Virus record (IMG/VR): IMGVR_UViG_3300037484_000770 | Location: 1-37,207 of that record | Reading direction: 5' to 3' (one strand) | Source of the DNA: a virus | Taxonomy: Duplodnaviria > Caudoviricetes | Length of the DNA: 37,207 nucleotides | Shown here: piece after piece, positions 1 through 7,430 of the stretch | Position numbering within the stretch: position 1 is the stretch's first letter | Layout: every line of letters begins with the position of its first letter | The notes under the pieces: generated by a model | What the model was told of the DNA's origin: nothing | What the model saw: only the letters and a program-made list of their open reading frames with translations | The model's database searches: none | Translations under genes and position numbers: made by a program

Positions 1-1
1 T

Positions 2-74
2 TGGGGGATCGTCTAACGGCAGGACGCCAGACTCTGGATCTGGCTAATCCTAGGGTTCTGCGGAAATCCCCCAG
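2..74 (+). pseudogene. tRNA-Gln(CTG)-like sequence with degenerate T-arm; probable attachment-site junction
   Basis: Acceptor stem TGGGGGA(2-8)/TCCCCCA(67-73), D-arm 11-25, anticodon stem CCAGA/TCTGG with loop CTCTGGA (CTG at 34-36). The T-arm region 49-66 cannot form a canonical TTCGAAT stem-loop and there is no CCA. Confidence 0.75.
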
Positions 75-94
75 TAACGTCGCGGCTGTAGATT

Positions 95-622
95 CTACTG
101 TGCCACGGTTGCTACGGCCACTCGCTGGGAAACCCGGTCCAAATAGTCCGCGGCATTCCTGAGCAACGCAGCCGAATCACTGAACAACCCGATCCCTTTG
201 TTGCACGGGCCGCAGAGCAGCCCCCGCACGAGGTTCCTCTCGTGGCAGTGGTCCACCTCAAGCGTCCGGCGCTTGCCGAAGAGGGCGATCGATCCGCAGA
301 TGGCGCACTTCCCGTCCTGTTCCGCGAGAAGCTCGTCGTAGGCCTCGGCGGTGATCCTGTAGCGATGCGCCAGGTTCTTGGCGCGGCGCCCCAATGACAC
401 GGGTACCGGTGCGAGCGGCGCGCGCCCGAGTCGGCTGACGAAATGCACCGGGTCCTTCTCGAAGCGCTCGTACTCCGCGTTTGCGGCCTCCAGCGTCACG
501 CAGCCCGTGGAGAGGCGCACCTGCTCCCCGTGAATCGTGCGGCGGATGTAGAACACGCCACCGACGCCGCGCTGGTAACCGACCGACTTGCGACCGTATT
601 TCCATGGAACCGTTGTGGGCAT
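95..622 (-). CDS. Endonuclease VII-domain protein with integrase-arm-like N-terminus
   Basis: C-terminus has YxITxxxYxxLLxxQxGxCAICG...VDHCH...VRGLLCxxCNxGIG (EndoVII). N-terminus VFYIRRTIHGEQVRLSTG...A resembles tyrosine-integrase arm-binding beta sheets. Confidence 0.8.
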   Translation of the reverse strand: MPTTVPWKYGRKSVGYQRGVGGVFYIRRTIHGEQVRLSTGCVTLEAANAEYERFEKDPVHFVSRLGRAPLAPVPVSLGRRAKNLAHRYRITAEAYDELLAEQDGKCAICGSIALFGKRRTLEVDHCHERNLVRGLLCGPCNKGIGLFSDSAALLRNAADYLDRVSQRVAVATVAQ

Positions 623-900
623 GGCGGCACATTATCAGCACACCCTGACAGCCACCTCACCCCTCCCCTCCCGCCGATCGCCTCTCTACGGGCCGCCCAG
701 GAGGCGGCGCAGTTTTGCGTTGCCGGTCCTGGCGCCGCAGAACATGCGCGAGCAAACCTGTCCGCATATCGCTAGGTTCCGTGCTCAGCACCCCGAATGG
801 GTCACGCCGGGCCCGCAGAACGTGCGCACGGCACGAAGGGGCTAGCCGGGCGACCCTAGCAATCTCACTCCCTTAGCCGTGCCGCCTCACGGGCGGCTGG

Positions 901-916
901 TGGCACGGGGGTAGCA
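901..916 (+). promoter_or_regulatory. Putative sigma54 (-24/-12) promoter of the early gene cluster
   Basis: TGGCACG-GGGG-TAGCA versus consensus TGGCACG-N4-TTGCW, with exact GG-N10-GC spacing. ATG at 929 is near the predicted +1. Confidence 0.65.
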
Positions 917-928
917 GTGAGTAGGGAC

Positions 929-1168
929 ATGACCACGACGAGCCTCACGAGCCTGATAGAGCGGCGGATGACGGGGCGGCAGGTGACGGACACGCAGCTC
1001 CGCCGCGTCGCCGCGTACGAGTGGGATCATTTCGCCGCGCCGCTCACGCCGGCAGGCGAGGTGACTTTCCACGAGTTGTCTCGCCGCTTCCGCGGTCTCC
1101 CTCCCGCGCCGGCGCGCCGGTTGGCGCGCGCGAACATGGACGATTTCAATCGCGGGTGGGGAGCATAG
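929..1168 (+). CDS. Hypothetical early protein
   Basis: First ORF after the sigma54-like promoter; MTTT start like its neighbours. Confidence 0.65.
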   Translation: MTTTSLTSLIERRMTGRQVTDTQLRRVAAYEWDHFAAPLTPAGEVTFHELSRRFRGLPPAPARRLARANMDDFNRGWGA

Positions 1169-1218
1169 CCTCACCCAGAGACCGCCGGCTCGCTCCGGCG
1201 GAAAAAAAGGAGAGCACC

Positions 1219-1407
1219 ATGACCGCAGAGACCCGCAGCACGTATCGCGTCGTCGCCACCCGCCCCACCGCAGGCCCCGGATCCTCGATGGATTCACGCG
1301 AGGTTGGGCCGTTCGAGTCGCGCCGCCTCGCCGAGGAGGCCGCGAGCCGCATGGTGGACGACCCCCGCCGCTGGGGTCGGATCGAGGTTGAGGAGGTGGC
1401 GCCGTGA
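1219..1407 (+). CDS. Hypothetical early protein (62 aa)
   Basis: AAGGAGAG RBS before ATG 1219; GTGA overlap with the next gene. Confidence 0.75.
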   Translation: MTAETRSTYRVVATRPTAGPGSSMDSREVGPFESRRLAEEAASRMVDDPRRWGRIEVEEVAP

Positions 1408-1667
1408 CGACTCGACTGACGTACTACGAGGTACCGACCGAGACGGGGCGATATGTCCCGGATCGTATCCTTCCGGACACGCGGTCAGGACGCCGTGAGG
1501 CTGCGCGCCTCTTGGGGCGCCGCGCACTGCGCTGGCATCCATATAGCGACTCCACCGGAGAGGACGGGTGGCGCGCCGTCGCCGTCGTCCGCCCAAATGG
1601 CACGGACTACGAATCCTCGGACGATGGGTCCATGCCCTCGGTCTACCGCGAGGTGCGCGACTCATAA
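1404..1667 (+). CDS. Hypothetical early protein
   Basis: GAGGAGG RBS, translationally coupled GTG start, protein-like composition. Confidence 0.75.
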   Translation: MTTRLTYYEVPTETGRYVPDRILPDTRSGRREAARLLGRRALRWHPYSDSTGEDGWRAVAVVRPNGTDYESSDDGSMPSVYREVRDS

Positions 1668-1672
1668 GCACC

Positions 1673-1733
1673 GGCGAAACCGCCCTCCGGGGCGGTCGCG
1701 CGGACCGGGCTCCCGCGCCTGACGAGCCAGCCC
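1673..1733 (+). ncRNA. Type II hammerhead ribozyme (copy 1) with loop I pseudoknot
   Basis: GGC-GAAA-[CCGCCC tccg GGGCGG]-TC-[GCGCGG accgggctc CCGCGC]-CTGACGA-GCC: full catalytic core and GUC cleavage triplet (cut after 1697). Loop GGGCT pairs with 3' AGCCC. Confidence 0.9.
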
Positions 1734-1748
1734 ACAAGGAGAGACCAC

Positions 1749-1925
1749 ATGACGACCACGACGAAGACCCCCGAAGCGGACGAGACCTACGAGCAGAGGC
1801 AGGATCGCGAGGACGCAGCCCGACACGAGGCCGAGGAGGCGCTCGCGCAGGATCCCTCCGTGATCGCGGCGGCCATCGCGGATCACAACGCCGACCTGGC
1901 CGAGCAGGAGGGGATCGACGAGTAG
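1749..1925 (+). CDS. Small acidic protein (58 aa, not in the ORF track)
   Basis: AAGGAG RBS; MTTTTKTPEADETYEQRQDREDAARHEAEEALAQDPSVIAAAIADHNADLAEQEGIDE; 17 D/E versus 4 K/R. Confidence 0.8.
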   Translation: MTTTTKTPEADETYEQRQDREDAARHEAEEALAQDPSVIAAAIADHNADLAEQEGIDE

Positions 1926-1981
1926 TCCCACGCTGTACCCACCCCGCGCGCCCGGGACCACGGCGCAAAAGGAGAAAAATC

Positions 1982-2407
1982 ATGACCACCACCGAGCAGA
2001 AGAGCCTGACGATCACCCTCACTGACCGCCCGCCGGTGCGGATCACCAAGACCGACTGGCCCATCATCGCCACCGCCCGCGGTGACTCGTACGGCTCCGG
2101 GGACCTCGCGTGCCACGATCAGGCGGTCGCGCGTGGCGAGTGCGATCAGTACCGACTCACGGTTCGGCAGCACGCCGCCGGCCGCGCGATCGTGTACGGC
2201 GTGTTGGACGCCGCGACCGCGTGGACCGGCAGTGAGGACTACCGGGGCGGCGAGTTGCTCCCCTCCGTCGCGGGCGGACGGCGTGAGGGCGACATGGCAC
2301 ATCGCAGCGACATCGCGGCAGCGATCCGGCGGGTCGGTGAGTCCTGCCACCTCCCCGACTCGATCACCCGCGAGTGCATCGCCGATCTGCCAGCAGTCGA
2401 GATCTGA
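1982..2407 (+). CDS. Hypothetical early protein (141 aa)
   Basis: AAGGAG RBS before ATG 1982; 3' part of track ORF 1568..2407. Confidence 0.8.
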   Translation: MTTTEQKSLTITLTDRPPVRITKTDWPIIATARGDSYGSGDLACHDQAVARGECDQYRLTVRQHAAGRAIVYGVLDAATAWTGSEDYRGGELLPSVAGGRREGDMAHRSDIAAAIRRVGESCHLPDSITRECIADLPAVEI

Positions 2408-2468
2408 GGCGAAACCGCGCTTCGGCGCGGTCTGCCGGACCGGGCTCCCGGCACCGACGAGCCAGCCC
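2408..2468 (+). ncRNA. Type II hammerhead ribozyme (copy 2, U4C core variant)
   Basis: GGC-GAAA-[CCGCGC ttcg GCGCGG]-TC-[TGCCGG accgggctc CCGGCA]-CCGACGA-GCC-AGCCC; compensatory stem changes relative to copy 1. Confidence 0.8.
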
Positions 2469-2482
2469 ACAAAGGAGAGACC

Positions 2483-2680
2483 ATGCCGGCATACCGCGCA
2501 GCCTACTGGATCAGCGACGACGAGCAGGCGGAGATCGTTCTCACCGCGGCGGAGGAGGCGCACCTCTCGGACGCCGATCTGCTGGAGCACGCCCACGTCG
2601 AGGCGGCGAGGGGCGACGTCGATCTCTCCACGGGCGAGATCAGGATCGGCACGTGGCGCGAGAGCGCGACGGACGAGTGA
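2483..2680 (+). CDS. Small acidic protein (65 aa)
   Basis: AAGGAG RBS; 16 D/E versus 4 R. Confidence 0.8.
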   Translation: MPAYRAAYWISDDEQAEIVLTAAEEAHLSDADLLEHAHVEAARGDVDLSTGEIRIGTWRESATDE

Positions 2681-2691
2681 GGAGATAGACC

Positions 2692-3063
2692 ATGACCGCC
2701 CGCGCCACACACTACGACGATCCGAGAGCTACCGCGCTAGTAGATCGCGCCTGTCGGTTGGGGCGACACGCGGTGACCCCCGCGGATTTCCAGGCGCTCG
2801 CTGAAGCGGAGCGCGACGTGGCACAGCACGTGGTCGCGTCGCCCTATGAGCCTCGGCCGGGCGATCCACACTGGCTCACGGGGCCAGTGCTGTACTGGAG
2901 AGCCATGCCCACCGCCCACTGCCCCCAGTGCCGCCACCGCGACCCACGCACCGGCCGCTGCCGGGAGCTCCCCGAGACATACGCGAGCCAGGCCCCGATC
3001 CGCTGCACCGCCTATGACGGGCCGCCACTGCCGGACCAGACCGAGGACGAGGAGGAGACCTGA
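2692..3063 (+). CDS. Hypothetical protein with C-terminal Cys cluster (CxxCxH...C...C)
   Basis: GAGGAG RBS; probable Zn-binding motif. Confidence 0.7.
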   Translation: MTARATHYDDPRATALVDRACRLGRHAVTPADFQALAEAERDVAQHVVASPYEPRPGDPHWLTGPVLYWRAMPTAHCPQCRHRDPRTGRCRELPETYASQAPIRCTAYDGPPLPDQTEDEEET

Positions 3064-3629
3064 TGCCCCGCCCCCTCCACCACGTCACCCTCTCGACCGG
3101 CGACGACCGCGAGTCGCCGCGCGCCAGGGTGGGCAGCGACGTGATCCAGATCCTCGCCCCGCTCCTCGCTGCTATCGCACGCGGCGAGGAGGTAGAGGTC
3201 CCGCGCGTCGAGCCGGCCTGCACGATGACCGGCGCGGCCGGCGGCGACTGCCTGATCCTCACCGTGTGGGGGCCGCCCGACGGTGAGCAACCCATCCCGC
3301 TCGCGACCGTGGGGATCGCGCGTGGGCCCGCGGAATCCGATCGGCTGTGGATCCTGCTCCACGAGACGGCCGTCGGAATCGCCGCCGTCACGCCCGCCGA
3401 CCAGGCCCCGCCGCTGCCATGGTGCGGAGCGCGGCTCGAGGTCGGGATCACCCTCTACCTTGAGGCGGCACACTGGCTCGGTGACTTCGAGCGCTGTCTC
3501 GCGTGGACTTGGATCGAGCGCGGCACCACCTCGCCCCCCGCGATCCGTCCGCCGCCTCCCTCTGCCCGTCCCACCCGATCCCGAGCACCGGCGGCGCCAC
3601 ACCGAGGGCCGCGCAGGAGACGACGATGA
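3063..3629 (+). CDS. Hypothetical protein
   Basis: TGATG coupling and GGAGGAG RBS; low-complexity Pro/Arg tail. Confidence 0.7.
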   Translation: MPRPLHHVTLSTGDDRESPRARVGSDVIQILAPLLAAIARGEEVEVPRVEPACTMTGAAGGDCLILTVWGPPDGEQPIPLATVGIARGPAESDRLWILLHETAVGIAAVTPADQAPPLPWCGARLEVGITLYLEAAHWLGDFERCLAWTWIERGTTSPPAIRPPPPSARPTRSRAPAAPHRGPRRRRR

Positions 3630-3877
3630 CCACCCGTACCCGCCCCGCCCGCGAACGCGGCGCCGACCTCAAGCGCGGCCTCTACGCGATCCGCCTGCTC
3701 CGCGAAACCCCGCGGATCCGCGGCGAGCTGGCGCGCCGCCTCGGCTGCTCGCTCGACACGGTAGATCGCACCCTCGACGTCCTCCGCCGCGCCGGGCTCC
3801 AGCTCACGCGCACGGAGGACGGCCGCGAGGTCTACTACTCCTTGCCGCCGGAGACGTACGCGAGGGTGATGCCGTGA
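3626..3877 (+). CDS. Winged helix-turn-helix DNA-binding protein
   Basis: AGGAG RBS; ELARRLGCSLDTVDRTLDVL HTH followed by a wing (EDGREVYYSL). Confidence 0.8.
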   Translation: MTTRTRPARERGADLKRGLYAIRLLRETPRIRGELARRLGCSLDTVDRTLDVLRRAGLQLTRTEDGREVYYSLPPETYARVMP

Positions 3878-3913
3878 TGCCCCTCGTCCGGTGACCCCAC
3901 CCGGCCCGGGCCA

Positions 3914-5029
3914 TCACAGGATTCCCACCCAGGCCCCAGCACTTCGGACATACAACCGCTGGTTAGCTACACCGGGAGTGTCTGTCCGGAAATACGCGTC
4001 GCCATCGGTGCCGTTGGCGTCACTCGGCACGCCGGGTCCCTGGAACAACCTGCCTGCCTGCGAAACTCCGCCGTCGGTCGCGAGGCTCAGCGACCCCAAT
4101 CCCGTGATCTGGACGCCCTTTGCGGCCTGGATGCGCAATCCCGATGTGCTGCCTACTATTTGATATAGATCGCCCAGTGTTCCGGACATCTCTATCGTCT
4201 GTACTTCTTCGCCCGATTCCAGCTTGATGTTTCCGTTCACGTCGTTGCTCCGGATGAATAGCCGTACGTCGGCGCCGGGCCATCCGAGCATTAGTGTGCC
4301 GTCTTCTGTTTTGCTGTACAGTTTGATCTCATTGACCCCGTCGGTCCACCGTATCCCCTTTGCCGTAGCAAGATCATACGAACCATGATCGGCTACTTCG
4401 AGATCGTCGGTGACGAACTCAGGCGGCGCGACGGCGATCCATTCATAGCTCCCATCAGCCGCCTGGCGGCAGTAGTGCATTTCACCATCGGTCCCGGCGT
4501 CCCGCACCGAGATGAGGCGTCGGTGCCACGTCGCGTCCGCGGTCGGCCGCGTCGCGGTTGTGAATGCCTGCGCCCGCACCGTCGGCGCCGCCGCCGTTCC
4601 CCCGAAATCATTGGTGAGCTGCACGACACCCGGTACCGTCGCCGTCGCGAGGCGGAACCCGACCGCAGTACCGGCGACCTGATCGATCCGCTCGAGCGCC
4701 CCGATGTCGATCGGGTCCGGAGTCGACGGCACGTACGCCTTGAACACCGTGTCCCGAACGGACCCCCTCGCGTCTTTCGCGCGGATCGTGAACCTGTAGT
4801 AGAGGCCGGTGACGTCGAGCGCGTCCGTGGGCGTGAGCTGGAACGTCGAGGGGATCCCTCCGTCCGCGTCGAGCGTGCAGTACACGCGGTCCGTAACGAT
4901 CTCGGACTCTGCTCCGTCGAGGGTCGCCGCGGCTTGCGATAGCTTCGCTTCGATCGTGGAACCCGCCCCCGGAGCGGAGCCGTCAGGGAGCAGGACCATT
5001 CCGCTGATCGTTGTCAGGGGGATCGCCAC
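3914..5029 (-). CDS. Tail fibre / receptor-binding protein
   Basis: ATATVPGVVQL fibre repeat; C-terminal GxPSxxxGxDGDxYFRTD...LYVRSAGAW motif typical of phage fibre/tail proteins. Confidence 0.7.
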   Translation of the reverse strand: MAIPLTTISGMVLLPDGSAPGAGSTIEAKLSQAAATLDGAESEIVTDRVYCTLDADGGIPSTFQLTPTDALDVTGLYYRFTIRAKDARGSVRDTVFKAYVPSTPDPIDIGALERIDQVAGTAVGFRLATATVPGVVQLTNDFGGTAAAPTVRAQAFTTATRPTADATWHRRLISVRDAGTDGEMHYCRQAADGSYEWIAVAPPEFVTDDLEVADHGSYDLATAKGIRWTDGVNEIKLYSKTEDGTLMLGWPGADVRLFIRSNDVNGNIKLESGEEVQTIEMSGTLGDLYQIVGSTSGLRIQAAKGVQITGLGSLSLATDGGVSQAGRLFQGPGVPSDANGTDGDAYFRTDTPGVANQRLYVRSAGAWVGIL

Positions 5030-5038
5030 AGTCGCCTC

Positions 5039-5248
5039 TCAGTTCACGAGGAGCTTCATGACCGCGCTCACGATCGCCCCGCCCGCGAGCGCGCCGACGG
5101 CCGCCCACATGGCGACCTGCACCTTGAGCGCGGCGATGGACTCGCCGTGTATCTGCACTCGACGGTCGAGGTCGCGTACCCAGCTCTCCAGACGGTCGTG
5201 GCGTTCCTTGCACTCGTCCCAGCGATCGCAGATCAGGGGCATCGTCAT
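5039..5248 (-). CDS. XhlA/holin-like small membrane protein
   Basis: Coiled coil followed by one C-terminal TM helix; within the lysis cluster. Confidence 0.6.
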   Translation of the reverse strand: MTMPLICDRWDECKERHDRLESWVRDLDRRVQIHGESIAALKVQVAMWAAVGALAGGAIVSAVMKLLVN

Positions 5249-5406
5249 CTCCAAAGGAACGCGGCCATGAGGGCGAAGAAGAACCCCGCGCCCGCACCGA
5301 GCGCCGCGACGACGGTGCCGCCCACCGCGGCGCCGAGCCAGGCACCGGATAGGGTGAGCACGACGAACAGCCACCCGATCGCAACGGTGCGCCAGGGCTC
5401 GGTCAC
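5245..5406 (-). CDS. Small 2-TM protein (holin candidate)
   Basis: GTG start overlapping the upstream stop; two hydrophobic segments; 3' end of track ORF 5245..5811. Confidence 0.55.
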   Translation of the reverse strand: MTEPWRTVAIGWLFVVLTLSGAWLGAAVGGTVVAALGAGAGFFFALMAAFLWR

Positions 5407-5843
5407 GATCGCTTCTCCGGTATCCACCTTGAGCGCTGTGGAAAGCAGGTCCAGGCGAGCAGGGCCCCGACGATCGCGGCGACCGGTGGATAGCGCACCC
5501 ACTGCTCGGCGAGCGACCACGCGGCCCGGTCGCGACGCAACAGATCGAGGACGAGGTACGCCGCGCCCGTGCCCCACCAGATCGCGCCGAGGATGCTCGC
5601 GATCTGGCCTTCCCACGTCGGGCGTCGCCACGTCATGTACAGGTGCGCGGCGAGTCCGGCCGAGAAGTACGCGAGCGCGGCGAGGGGGCCATCGAACGCG
5701 AGCCGCCGCCCTTCCTGCGAGATCAGCCGTACGTCGAGCCCGCGCCAGCGCAGGACGAGGAGCACGATCTCCCAGAGGAGCCACAATACGAGCGGGCCGA
5801 GGACGACCCACTTCGTGATCCGGTTGACGCTCGAGGCGGTCAT
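5403..5843 (-). CDS. Multi-TM membrane protein (holin/lysis-associated candidate)
   Basis: About four hydrophobic segments; coupled start/stop with neighbours. Confidence 0.65.
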   Translation of the reverse strand: MTASSVNRITKWVVLGPLVLWLLWEIVLLVLRWRGLDVRLISQEGRRLAFDGPLAALAYFSAGLAAHLYMTWRRPTWEGQIASILGAIWWGTGAAYLVLDLLRRDRAAWSLAEQWVRYPPVAAIVGALLAWTCFPQRSRWIPEKRS

Positions 5844-6166
5844 CGCGCCACCCACGCCGCCACGGCGCCCGCGACTACGACGCCAGCGGCGAACCCGACC
5901 ATGGCGCCGGTCCAGCCGTGCGACTCCGCGACCTGCTCACCGGCGGCGATCCGAGCCTCATAGTAGCGACGGAGCTCGACGCTGTACGTCCACGCTGCCG
6001 GCTCCAGGCAGAACCCGCCCTCGGCCGGCGCCGTCCACGTCTCGCGCGGAGCGAGGACCGCGAACGAGGCGCGACGAGGGGGCGACGGCGGTCCGTCCGC
6101 CCGGGCCACCCCGACGCCCACCAAGACCGCCGCCGTCACCAAGGCCGTGAGCCTGCGCGTCAGCAT
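5840..6166 (-). CDS. Signal-peptide plus C-terminal TM protein (spanin-like candidate)
   Basis: MLTRRLTALVTAAVLVGVGVARA signal and C-terminal GFAAGVVVAGAVAAWV anchor; lysis module. Confidence 0.55.
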   Translation of the reverse strand: MLTRRLTALVTAAVLVGVGVARADGPPSPPRRASFAVLAPRETWTAPAEGGFCLEPAAWTYSVELRRYYEARIAAGEQVAESHGWTGAMVGFAAGVVVAGAVAAWVAR

Positions 6167-6786
6167 TGGACGAGCTCCCCGTGATGGAGGAAGCCGTGGA
6201 ATCCCGGCGTAGCGATCGAGCCGCCGCCGGCAGCGCAGGTGTCGCCGTTCTTGTCGACATGGAACACGCCGGGGGCCTCCTCGTGGATCACCCAGCAACG
6301 ATGCTCCCGGTCGTCGGGGCGCGTGCAATTCGAGGCACGCCCGGTCATGTGCCAGTGATTGCCGTTCGGGAGCACGCACACGAGGTGCCGCGTGACCCCG
6401 TCGAACATGAAGTTCTCCGGGTACCAGTGCGCCTCGAAGATCGAGCCCGGCTCCGGCTTGCCCGACGGCGTGTCGTAGAGGCGGTCGCGATGGACCTGGC
6501 GCGTGAGCCCGCCGTTCGTGCCGTCCTTGCCGTACCTGCGCTCGGGCGCGTCGCCTTGGACGGGAGCGCCGCAATGGTCGCACTTCGCCGGCCAACGCTC
6601 GTCGGGGTAGTCCTCGGGCTTCCCGCCGAAGTCCCAGGCCCCGACCGCCTCGGTGCGGCCGAGCGGGATCTCGGCGTTGTGGTAGCCGGCGCTCCCGCCG
6701 CCCAGGCAATTCGGGCACTCCTTGTCGCCCCAGTAGACCCGGAGCGATGCACGCGTCCCGATCTCCTTGATCAGACGCGCGCGCAT
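6160..6786 (-). CDS. Cys/His-rich hypothetical protein
   Basis: ATG 6786 coupled to the upstream stop; CxxC pairs; C-terminal GSI...HGFLxxG. Confidence 0.7.
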   Translation of the reverse strand: MRARLIKEIGTRASLRVYWGDKECPNCLGGGSAGYHNAEIPLGRTEAVGAWDFGGKPEDYPDERWPAKCDHCGAPVQGDAPERRYGKDGTNGGLTRQVHRDRLYDTPSGKPEPGSIFEAHWYPENFMFDGVTRHLVCVLPNGNHWHMTGRASNCTRPDDREHRCWVIHEEAPGVFHVDKNGDTCAAGGGSIATPGFHGFLHHGELVQC

Positions 6787-7430
6787 CACGGCACCGGCGG
6801 CTTGCTCAGGATGTCCGCCGCCTGCTCCGCGGTCGGCCCGGGCCGCATCGTCTTGTAGAGCTCGGTCGTCTTCGCCGCGATCTCCTGCTTCGCGGTCGCG
6901 CCCGAGAGAACGTCGAACACCTTCGCCAGCGGCGCACCGACCCTCGGGATCCGCGCGACGAGCGGCGAGACGAGCCGCAGAAGCCGGCGCGCCATCGTCC
7001 AGCCGCCGCCCGCGACGACCGCTGCCGAGAGCGCCTTGCCCACGAGCGCGAGCGTCACGGGCACGCCGCCGACGTACGCCGCGCCCACGTACGCGACCAC
7101 CGCGGCGAAGAGCGCGAAGACGGTCCCGCCCTCGCTCGTGGCGAGGAACGAGCCCACGCCCCACGGGATCTTCGTCCCGAACTTTCGGAGCAGCCAGACC
7201 CCGGCGACGAGGCCGAGGACGACCTTGCCGATCACGGGGGCATCGAGGAAGGCGCGCAGGAACGCCCCGAACTCATCGGGACTGGCGCCGGCCGTCTGCC
7301 CGAGCGCGAGCGCAGGCAGGACGAAGACGGCGACAACGACGATCAGCGCGAGGAGGCCGAACAGCCACGTGCTGGTCCAGAGGGAGCTGCGGGGGGGCAT
7401 CGAGACTCGCATCATGGGGGTCTCCTTCAT
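6786..7430 (-). CDS. Multi-TM holin-like protein
   Basis: Three to four TM segments, directly downstream of the endolysin; alternative starts (MKETPMM). Confidence 0.65.
   Translation of the reverse strand: MKETPMMRVSMPPRSSLWTSTWLFGLLALIVVVAVFVLPALALGQTAGASPDEFGAFLRAFLDAPVIGKVVLGLVAGVWLLRKFGTKIPWGVGSFLATSEGGTVFALFAAVVAYVGAAYVGGVPVTLALVGKALSAAVVAGGGWTMARRLLRLVSPLVARIPRVGAPLAKVFDVLSGATAKQEIAAKTTELYKTMRPGPTAEQAADILSKPPVP

Noticed and set aside
1182-1208. Hairpin CCGCCGG/CCGGCGG plus A-run as a terminator
   Set aside because: The A-run follows the stem on + (T-run precedes it on -), the wrong polarity for either strand; more likely a 5' stabiliser before the RBS.
1676-1697. Rho-independent terminators or REP elements at the two intergenic repeats
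   Set aside because: No U-tract; the hairpins are stem III of a complete hammerhead core.
1926-1970. Third ribozyme in the 1926-1981 spacer
   Set aside because: It can form a stem-loop but has no CUGANGA/GAAA core or other motif I recognise.
3914-5029. Diversity-generating retroelement acting on the tail fibre
   Set aside because: No reverse transcriptase or TR/VR repeat pair seen in the window.
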